A stretch of 64,000 nucleotides of DNA from a virus, in IMG/VR virus record IMGVR_UViG_3300045988_173816, positions 220,027-284,026 of that record; one strand, 5' to 3'. The notes beneath the pieces are model-generated. The model worked only from the letters and a program-made list of their open reading frames with translations. It was not told the origin of the DNA and searched no databases. The position numbers were made by a program, and so were the translations under genes. Position 1 is the stretch's first letter. Every line of letters starts with the position of its first letter. Shown here piece by piece: positions 56,149-62,940 of the stretch.

Positions 56149-59100
56149 ATGTCAAAAGAGATGAGACGTAAGAAGGCTTTACGTTTACAGGTAAAGAGAG
56201 GTAGTTTTTTAGTTGCTGCTTTGGCGAGTGTAGCGGTAGGTGGCTTGAGTACAGTAGGAGCTGATGAGGTAGTTTCTACTGATACACAACCTAGTGTAGA
56301 GGTTTCTTCTACAACAGAAAAACCTACTGAGTCGGTATCCTCACCGAGTGAAAGTTCTAGTCCTAGTCCTAGTAATTCCAGTGATGGTACAGAGGATGAA
56401 AAACATACTGCAGAAGTTGGTTCTACTGACACTGCAAACAAGTCAGAAGAAACTCCTAAAGAGTCTGAGAAACCGAAGGATTCTAATAGCAGTAGTGAAA
56501 CTAAACCGAGTGGTACTTCTAGTGGTAGTTTAGAATCTGATAAGAAACCTTCGATTGAGGGTTCTACAGCTGGTGATAAAGATAAAGATGATAAACATTC
56601 TTCAGAAAAACCAAATAGTTCTGAAGGGTCAAATTCTAACACCGATAAACCTAAAGATGATGTAGAAGTGAAACCAGAGAAATCCGAAAATGGAGAAGGT
56701 TCTTCTACATCAGATAATGAAAAACCTAAAGAGGAAACTCCAAAAGAGGAGCCTAAAGAAGACCCTAAAGAAACACCTAAAGAAAATCCCAAAGAAGAGC
56801 CTAAAGAGGATGATAAAGTTGATGAAGTAAAACCAGAGCTGAAATTTGAAGATACTTCTAAGGTTGAGCAAGTTGGTCAAAGTTATTTAGTCAATTCAGA
56901 CTCTCGTTTGAAGGTTTCTGTTTCTTTTAACAAGCAGAACATTACGGACTTGAAACTTGTACAGAAGTTACCAAATGGTGTCTTTGAAGAGTTCGACATA
57001 ACTGAGGGGTATCTCTTACCCATCAATTCTACGTTGGAGTTGAGTTATAAAGACTCTGAAGGTAAGAGTCAAACTTTGTATTTAGGTACACTTGAAGATA
57101 AAGCAACTATTTCACTAAGTGTAGTTAAAGCAGATAAGTCTACGGTAGAAGTTGGTGCTAATTTAGTCATTACAGGAGATAGCTTACCAGGTACAATTTT
57201 TGCAACCTCATTAGATGGTAAGTATAAGTTAACAGGTATCTTAAACTCTGAGAACACTTATGTTTTTGATGGTTCTGTATTGTATAGTGGTGATTACACA
57301 TTCAACGTTGAAAGTGGAAGTAGTTCTACTTTTGGTAGAAAATTAGGTACAGTTACATTTGATATTAAGGGTGGGGAACAAGCTTTACCAGTTCCAACTC
57401 CAACTCCAGTTCCTAACCCTACACCAAATCCAACACCTACTCCAAGTGTTGATGTAACACCGACTCCGAACAATGGTGGTTCTACAACTACGACTACCGA
57501 CAAACCAACGCCAACTCCAAATCCAAGTCCAGAACCAACTCCTACGGTTCCAAGTACACCAAGTACACCAGTAACACCGACTCCAAGTGCGCCTGTTGAA
57601 ACTCCAAATGCGGACAATCAAGGTGGGGGTACAGTAATTGTAAACCCTTCTGCACCAAGTACAGATACTACAAATGGGAATACAAACACTCCACCGAATA
57701 ATGGTGGCAAGGTTGATATTGGAGGAGTTTCTGATAAAACCAACTATGTAGATAGTCCAGATAAGTTAACAGTAGGGGTATCTGGTGGTTCTGTCCAAAA
57801 TGTTAAGGCTACGGTGTCTTCACAAGAGGGTACAACTGAGTTGACGGGTCGAGTAGTGAATGGTTCTTTCGTAGCAGATAATCTTCCAGAAAAAGATGGT
57901 GTTTATACTGTAAAAGTTCAAGTAACGGATGATAAAGGTCAAGTTTCTGAGAAGACGATTACCTATGCCGTTAACAAAAACGGTTCAACTTATAATTGGT
58001 TGAATAAAGAAGTGAATGGTGCTTATTATCAATATTTGAGCGAAGATTTGAAACTTTCTGAGCATTCAACCACTCGATTGGACACAGGAAAAACTAAGTT
58101 TACGTTTACCTTAGATGGTAAGGTAGTTTCATTGGATTCTCGTCAAGTTAAAGTTGTTGAGAAGAAGGAAGATGATGGTTCTTACACTTATACTTATACC
58201 TTTGATAAGAGTGCCTTTAGAGATAATGGGGTATGGTCAATTTCGGTAGCTACTGTTGACGTAGATGGTCATGCATCTTCTTCAAATGCTTCAGTTCAGT
58301 TTAAATTTGTACTAGATAATATTGCGCCAGAGTTGAAGATTGAGGGGATTTTAAACAACGGTAAGTATGATACTGCAAAACACCAGTTTAAAGTTTTGGT
58401 GAAAGATAATATTGGGTTAGCAAGAGTTCGAGTTTTAATTAACGGCAAAGTTTATGAGTTCACTCGAAGTGAATTGGAGAAGGGTGAAAAGATTTTAGAT
58501 TTGGAACGCTCTGACAAACCATATACGATTGAAGTTGAGGTTGTAGACTTAGCAGGTAATACAACTACTCAAAAGGTTGATGGTATTACAGTTACTGCAA
58601 GTGATATTCAAGCTCTATTGAACTCTGACACTGTTAAACTAGTGTTAGGTGCTTTAGGTGTAGGTGCTTTTGCAGGTCTACTTGCTTGGTGGGGTTCTTC
58701 GGTTCGTAAACGTAAAGCATTGGAAGCAGAACTTGAGCGTTATCGTATTGGAGCACACTTAGTAACAGAAGCAGAGGGTATCCTTTCTTCAAGTGGGGGG
58801 TCTTCGACAGAAGATACAGGTTTAACTGAGTCTGCAACAGGTCCAGTTGATATGGATTCTGTACTAGCTGAGGGTGTTGCTTCGTTAGGTAGAGATACAG
58901 GTTCTATTGAGTCTTCTGGTAAGTTAAGAGTGTTGGGTTCTTCTGAAGAAGGGACTGAGGTTTTAGGTTCAGAAGAAGGTGACGAAACTACTATGTTAGA
59001 GACTGAGGATTTAGATCCAGATGAGTACACTTCAATTTTAACTTCTGAGGATGATGAACATACTACTGTTTTAACTTCTGAGGAAGATGAACATACTACT

Positions 59101-59271
59101 GTTTTGGATTCTGGTGAAGAAGAACATACTTCTTTGTTGGACGAAGGTTCTGATGAACATACCTCTGTACTAGATGAAGAAAATGAACATACTTCTGTTT
59201 TAGATGAGGAAGAAACAACTCCTTTAGAAGAACGTACTACTATTTTAGATAGTGATTCAGACGAAAAATAA
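56149..59271 (+). CDS. large surface protein: signal peptide, S/E/K-rich and PT-rich linkers, beta-rich repeats, C-terminal TM anchor and acidic Thr-repeat cytoplasmic tail
   Basis: MSKEMRRKKALRLQVKRGSFLVAALASVAVGG signal. PTPTPVPNPTPNPTPTPS linker. TM VKLVLGALGVGAFAGLLAWWG followed by SVRKRK. Tail has about 9 copies of (D/E)EHT(T/S)(V/L)L(D/T). No LPxTG seen. Confidence 0.75.
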   Translation: MSKEMRRKKALRLQVKRGSFLVAALASVAVGGLSTVGADEVVSTDTQPSVEVSSTTEKPTESVSSPSESSSPSPSNSSDGTEDEKHTAEVGSTDTANKSEETPKESEKPKDSNSSSETKPSGTSSGSLESDKKPSIEGSTAGDKDKDDKHSSEKPNSSEGSNSNTDKPKDDVEVKPEKSENGEGSSTSDNEKPKEETPKEEPKEDPKETPKENPKEEPKEDDKVDEVKPELKFEDTSKVEQVGQSYLVNSDSRLKVSVSFNKQNITDLKLVQKLPNGVFEEFDITEGYLLPINSTLELSYKDSEGKSQTLYLGTLEDKATISLSVVKADKSTVEVGANLVITGDSLPGTIFATSLDGKYKLTGILNSENTYVFDGSVLYSGDYTFNVESGSSSTFGRKLGTVTFDIKGGEQALPVPTPTPVPNPTPNPTPTPSVDVTPTPNNGGSTTTTTDKPTPTPNPSPEPTPTVPSTPSTPVTPTPSAPVETPNADNQGGGTVIVNPSAPSTDTTNGNTNTPPNNGGKVDIGGVSDKTNYVDSPDKLTVGVSGGSVQNVKATVSSQEGTTELTGRVVNGSFVADNLPEKDGVYTVKVQVTDDKGQVSEKTITYAVNKNGSTYNWLNKEVNGAYYQYLSEDLKLSEHSTTRLDTGKTKFTFTLDGKVVSLDSRQVKVVEKKEDDGSYTYTYTFDKSAFRDNGVWSISVATVDVDGHASSSNASVQFKFVLDNIAPELKIEGILNNGKYDTAKHQFKVLVKDNIGLARVRVLINGKVYEFTRSELEKGEKILDLERSDKPYTIEVEVVDLAGNTTTQKVDGITVTASDIQALLNSDTVKLVLGALGVGAFAGLLAWWGSSVRKRKALEAELERYRIGAHLVTEAEGILSSSGGSSTEDTGLTESATGPVDMDSVLAEGVASLGRDTGSIESSGKLRVLGSSEEGTEVLGSEEGDETTMLETEDLDPDEYTSILTSEDDEHTTVLTSEEDEHTTVLDSGEEEHTSLLDEGSDEHTSVLDEENEHTSVLDEEETTPLEERTTILDSDSDEK
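57388..57600 (+). repeat. coding Pro/Thr-rich low-complexity linker
   Basis: ccaactccaactccagttcctaaccctacaccaaatccaaca... translating to PVPTPTPVPNPTPNPTPTPS...PTPSAPVETP. Confidence 0.7.
58981..59250 (+). repeat. imperfect ~30-33-bp tandem repeats encoding (D/E)EHT(T/S)xL units
   Basis: gatgaacatactactgttttaacttctgag / gaagatgaacatactactgttttggattct / gaagaacatacttctttgttggac / gatgaacatacctctgtactagat / aatgaacatacttctgttttagat. Confidence 0.75.
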
Positions 59272-59287
59272 ATGAAATATGGTGAAG

Positions 59288-59313
59288 TTTACGGTAGTTG
59301 AGTCTATCGTAAA
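59288..59313 (+). terminator. terminator-like hairpin
   Basis: TTTACGGTAG/CTATCGTAAA 10-bp stem (one G-T), 6-nt loop. Weak T-tract. Confidence 0.4.
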
Positions 59314-59336
59314 CTTTGCTTATAGAAGAGGTCTTC

Positions 59337-59765
59337 ATGAAAGAATTATTTCAAGGTTTTATTGCAAAGCGCTTAGCTACACAGTTAAAAGATTATAGTG
59401 CAAGTGAACTTTTACGATTTTACGGTTCGATGCGAGAAAGAGTATACGCGCATTTAACTATGTTTCTGTTAGGTGCTTTCGCTTTATGTAATTATATTTA
59501 CACTTATGGTTTTGGACAGTGGGTATTATACTTACTTTTAGTTGCTATCTTACTAGGTTTATTAACTTCCGTAGTTTATCATATTGGAGTTTTCACCATG
59601 GTCAAAGGGTATCTACTTCTTCGAATGAAACCTATTTTAGATGAGTCAGAACGCCCAGAGAGCTATTTTAAGAGTAAAATTCCAACCAGTGATATTTCTA
59701 TCACCAGTTTGAAAGTAGAAAGCGTACAGGGTAATTCTGAGCCTTCTGAGGGTAGTCCTGAATAA
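59337..59765 (+). CDS. membrane protein
   Basis: ATG 59337 sits 5 nt after GAAGAGG (the ORF track starts at TTG 59316). Two to three TM segments. Confidence 0.5.
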   Translation: MKELFQGFIAKRLATQLKDYSASELLRFYGSMRERVYAHLTMFLLGAFALCNYIYTYGFGQWVLYLLLVAILLGLLTSVVYHIGVFTMVKGYLLLRMKPILDESERPESYFKSKIPTSDISITSLKVESVQGNSEPSEGSPE

Positions 59766-59787
59766 TGTAGATAGGTTTGTGGTTTAG

Positions 59788-60366
59788 ATGAAAAATGACG
59801 ATGTAGAAAAAATAAAGGAAGATTCTAAAGTTGAAGCGGGTTTCTTTCATAGTTGTTTAAATTGGATTAGTGTATTTGGTATCCTAGTAATTAGTTTACT
59901 GTTTTCTTTTAAACTTTTTTGTAATCCGATTTTAATTTTAGGGGACTCTATGAACCCTACTCTGCAGGATAATCAATTATGGTTTAGTAGAGCGAAACAG
60001 TTAGGAAAACCCAAGAAAACTGACATAGTGGTAGCTTATGAAGTTTTAACTCGAACTAAATTGGTAAAAAGGGTTGTTGCAACTGAAGGTGATGTTCTTA
60101 CTGTTTTGGATTCAGGATTGTATGTAAATCGTTCTTTAGTTGATAAATCTAAGGAGACTATGGGTCTAATTGAAGATAAATCTTCTTGGTTAGGTTCGAA
60201 TAAAGGTTTATCTGTAACTTTGCAAGAGGGGGAATATTTTTTATTAGGGGATAATCGAGAAAATTCAAATGACTCAAGAGATTTGGGTATCTTCCCGGAC
60301 TCGACTATTTCTTCAGTTTTAACTGTTGAAGCTCCAAATTTTTTACGAGATTTATTAGTTAGATAG
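59788..60366 (+). CDS. type I signal peptidase (S26 family)
   Basis: GDSMNPTL (Ser), VKRVVATEGD (Lys) and GDNRENSNDSRD boxes. N-terminal TM. Confidence 0.8.
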   Translation: MKNDDVEKIKEDSKVEAGFFHSCLNWISVFGILVISLLFSFKLFCNPILILGDSMNPTLQDNQLWFSRAKQLGKPKKTDIVVAYEVLTRTKLVKRVVATEGDVLTVLDSGLYVNRSLVDKSKETMGLIEDKSSWLGSNKGLSVTLQEGEYFLLGDNRENSNDSRDLGIFPDSTISSVLTVEAPNFLRDLLVR

Positions 60367-60414
60367 TTTGATTTAATAAATTTTAGAGACTTTATAAATC
60401 TCAGAAACCTTATT

Positions 60415-60457
60415 AAATCAAGGTTTTCTACTTGAAGTTATATAAAATCAAGGTTTT
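60415..60457 (+). repeat. 13-nt direct repeat AAATCAAGGTTTT x2, 30 bp apart, upstream of the HU promoter
   Basis: Copies at 60415-60427 and 60445-60457. Confidence 0.45.
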
Positions 60458-60480
60458 TGAAACTTTTTTGCACAAAACTG

Positions 60481-60509
60481 TTGACAGAATAGGGTTTGTG
60501 TGATATAAT
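60481..60509 (+). promoter_or_regulatory. SigA-type promoter (TTGACA-17-TATAAT, TG-extended)
   Basis: -35 at 60481-60486 and -10 at 60504-60509, preceded by TGA. Confidence 0.7.
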
Positions 60510-60560
60510 GTTTATTGTAAGTTAGCAAAACAGCTAACGAATAAAGAAAGGAGCCAACAA

Positions 60561-60836
60561 ATGGCTAATAAAAAAGATTTGATCGCTAAAGTAGCAGAAG
60601 CTACAGAATTGACTAAGAAAGATTCAGCAGCAGCAGTAGACGCTGTATTCGCAGCAGTAGCTGATTTCCTTGCAGCTGGTGAAAAAGTTCAATTGATTGG
60701 TTTTGGTAACTTTGAAGTGCGTGAACGTGCAGAACGTCAAGGTCGCAACCCACAAACAGGTGCACCTCTTACAATCGCTGCTTCAAAAGTACCAGCGTTT
60801 AAAGCAGGTAAAGTTCTTAAAGACGCTGTTAAATAA
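60561..60836 (+). CDS. hup: HU-family DNA-binding protein
   Basis: [30 protein letters not shown]...[21 protein letters not shown]...KVPAFKAGK. Near-identical over long stretches to streptococcal HU as I remember it. AAAGGAG RBS. Confidence 0.9.
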   Translation: MANKKDLIAKVAEATELTKKDSAAAVDAVFAAVADFLAAGEKVQLIGFGNFEVRERAERQGRNPQTGAPLTIAASKVPAFKAGKVLKDAVK

Positions 60837-60892
60837 GAATTAACTTTCAAGTTACACGCTTCTATCAAAAAAAATACCTAAGTAATTAGGTT

Positions 60893-60943
60893 AGCTGGGG
60901 TTGCTACCGGATGTTTTCAGTGAGTTGGATTCTCACTCTAGCT
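60893..60943 (+). ncRNA. tRNA-like minihelix 1 (acceptor-like stem + T-arm-like hairpin, no anticodon arm)
   Basis: AGCTGGG...TCTAGCT closing stem (2 G-T). GTGAG-TTGGATT-CTCAC hairpin. The interior shares GTTGCT...GATGTT with minihelix 2. Confidence 0.3.
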
Positions 60944-61245
60944 ATTGCGAGTTTTCTCGCAAAGATGGATAAAAAACATTTTATCATTCCTGATTTAGCA
61001 CTCCGTTTGCGCGGTGCAGTCTAGTCAGGCATAACTATAAGTTGGGCGAAACCGAATAGTTCAACTTGTAGGCTGTAAGTTAACGACTTTTCTTACAGCG
61101 TCTCCGAATTGTCTGGGTCGGTTTTTAAGTAAAGATGTGTTGTTGGTAGATGTTGGTTAGCATTCCAACTTCTCGTAGGACACGAAGGGTATCAGACGCT
61201 CTAAGAAATGCCAAATTCTTTAAGATTTTGGATTCTGCATCTTTC

Positions 61246-61294
61246 ACAAGTGGTCAAGTTGCTGATGTTATGAGGTTGGACTCCTCACACTTGT
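61246..61294 (+). ncRNA. tRNA-like minihelix 2 (49 nt)
   Basis: ACAAGTG / GTCA-AGTTGC-TGAT / GTTA / TGAGG-TTGGACT-CCTCA / CACTTGT: a 7-bp closing stem, a 4-bp D-arm-like hairpin and a 5-bp T-arm-like hairpin with a 7-nt loop. Confidence 0.4.
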
Positions 61295-61441
61295 TTAGTA
61301 AAGTTTTAATGACTTTACTAATACCTTTGTTCATGTTAATGAACACCTCCGATGGAAATTGTGACTCTAGTGTGGTTTATTTTCTCCACATTTCGATGGT
61401 TTAGTTTCACGAATCATGTGCTAGTGCGTTTCATGCGTACA

Positions 61442-61490
61442 ACAAACGGTCTAGTTGCAGACTTGATGGGGTTGGAGTCCTCACGTTTGT
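61442..61490 (+). ncRNA. tRNA-like minihelix 3 (49 nt)
   Basis: ACAAACG / GTCT-AGTTGC-AGAC / TTGA / TGGGG-TTGGAGT-CCTCA / CGTTTGT. Same architecture as minihelix 2, with compensatory changes in both stems. Confidence 0.4.
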
Positions 61491-61595
61491 GTTGAGGGAT
61501 ATCCCTCAAATAGAAATCGGGATTTGTTTTTACAGACAAATCTTTCTTATACTTGTAGACCTAAAGATTTGGCGATGGTTGGGTCTACGTTTCAA

Positions 61596-61679
61596 GCGTG
61601 GATGGCGAAATTGGCAGACGCACACGGTTTAAGCTCGTGCGAACTTTGGTTCATGGGGGTTCAAGTCCCCCTCTGCGCA
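61596..61679 (+). tRNA. tRNA-Leu (anticodon TAA), class II
   Basis: Acceptor GCGTGGA/TCTGCGC, anticodon arm CACGG-TTTAAGC-TCGTG, variable hairpin GAAC-TTTG-GTTC, T-arm GGGGG-TTCAAGT-CCCCC. No encoded CCA. Confidence 0.85.
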
Positions 61680-61785
61680 TACCTTAACTGAAAAAGAAGA
61701 AGTAAACGCATAAAGCAATCCCAAGCGGACTATGTGTGCGGAAATTGATTTCCGTTTGAAATTCGGTTAGGGTTTTCAGTATAAA

Positions 61786-61861
61786 GGTTCCATAGCTCAA
61801 TTGGATAGAGCACACGCCTTCTAAGCGTGGGGTTTTGTAGGTTCGAACCCTACTGGAATCA
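61786..61861 (+). tRNA. tRNA-Arg (anticodon TCT)
   Basis: Acceptor GGTTCCA/TGGAATC, D-arm GCTC-AATTGGATA-GAGC, anticodon arm CACGC-CTTCTAA-GCGTG, T-arm GTAGG-TTCGAAC-CCTAC. Atypical 7-nt variable loop. Confidence 0.8.
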
Positions 61862-62160
61862 TTAGCTTTAGGTGTAAACCTACATCATTATCTTTCTGAC
61901 GACACATAATGGAAGTGTAGTTTCTTGAACAGTGACAAAGCGTTTAAGGAATCAAAAATGATGAATTTGTAACTATTTTCCCGCTCGAATCAATGAACTA
62001 GAGCGACAATAACGATGATGAAGTGTAGCTGACTTTTGAGTTAGTGTGAAGGGGTGGTAGCAAAACGGATGATTGTGTGGAGGAGCTTTTCAGTGTTAGG
62101 TTCGAAACTAATAAGAAAAGTGATGGACACGTTTTGGATAGTTACATAATGCTATATTTA

Positions 62161-62233
62161 GAACTGATAACTCAGTTGGTAGAGTAGCGGACTTTTAATC
62201 CGTTGGTCGCAGGTTCGAGCCCTGCTCGGTTCA
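62161..62233 (+). tRNA. tRNA-Lys (anticodon TTT)
   Basis: Acceptor GAACTGA/TCGGTTC, D-arm ACTC/GAGT, anticodon arm GCGGA-CTTTTAA-TCCGT, T-arm GCAGG-TTCGAGC-CCTGC. Confidence 0.85.
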
Positions 62234-62767
62234 TGCCGGGAAGATTGTTTTGAAGTAATTCATGGCAATTTAGGTTTAACGACTGTAAAAGGTCGCTAAA
62301 TCATTATAGCACAAGCGTAGTGTGCAACCACTATGTGAGTGCTTGAGATTCTTACTTAGTTAAGTAAGAACGCCTAAGTAGAAGGCTAATCTTCTACTAA
62401 CGCTCCTCAGCGATACGAGGTGACGACAACGGTTCGATTAGCGGGCTTAAAGCTAGTCAGATAAGGTTGGTGAGGTTTACTGCGCTCCAAGTCCAAGCAA
62501 TATGCGTGTGGAAAGGTATAGAGTTCTCCTTTTTCAGTAAATCAAGATTAAAACTCAGTTGCAAAACGGTGGAGACAGTTCCACTTATGGGTATCAAAAC
62601 TGTCGTAGAAGCCGTTTTTAAAATCCGATTGCTTTAGATGTCTAGGGTATAAAGCAATAAAACGCACGACAATTCCTATCTTACTAGACAGGGTAGGAAG
62701 TCAAAAACTTGTGGGTTCAACGGTTCTCCCACATAAGATACCAGAGCTGTTAAGGGTATCATATTTA

Positions 62768-62841
62768 GGTGCGATAGCTCAGTTTGGTAGAGCGTTGGAT
62801 TGAAGCTCCATGCGTCGGCGGTTCGATTCCGTCTTGCACCA
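62768..62841 (+). tRNA. tRNA-Phe (anticodon GAA)
   Basis: Acceptor GGTGCGA/TTGCACC, D-arm GCTC/GAGC, anticodon loop TTGAAGC, T-arm GGCGG-TTCGATT-CCGTC. Confidence 0.85.
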
Positions 62842-62867
62842 TAACCGATTAGGGGGTTTTTCCTTTA

Positions 62868-62940
62868 GACTCGGTAGCTCAGTTGGGAGAGCATCTGTCT
62901 TACAAGCAGAAAGTCATTGGTTCGAACCCAGTCCGAGTCA
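62868..62940 (+). tRNA. tRNA-Val (anticodon TAC)
   Basis: Acceptor GACTCGG/CCGAGTC, anticodon arm TCTGT-CTTACAA-GCAGA, T-arm ATTGG-TTCGAAC-CCAGT. Confidence 0.85.

Noticed and set aside
56016-56792. 258-aa ORF on the minus strand
   Set aside because: It lies antisense to the S/E/K/P-rich low-complexity 5' part of the surface-protein gene and to its promoter. Its own translation is low-complexity (SLG/SSL repeats). It has no RBS or promoter, and every other credible gene is on the + strand.
61150-61404. 84-aa + strand ORF in the region after HU
   Set aside because: No RBS. It spans tRNA-like minihelix 2 and several perfect hairpins, and it lies in an otherwise ORF-free structured-RNA region. 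It is most likely a chance ORF.
61862-62160. T-loop-like GGTTCGAAA (~62098) and ACTTTT/AAAAGT pairing as another tRNA gene
   Set aside because: The loop would be 8 nt, the acceptor and T-stems are not contiguous, and no anticodon arm could be drawn. At best it is a decayed tRNA remnant.
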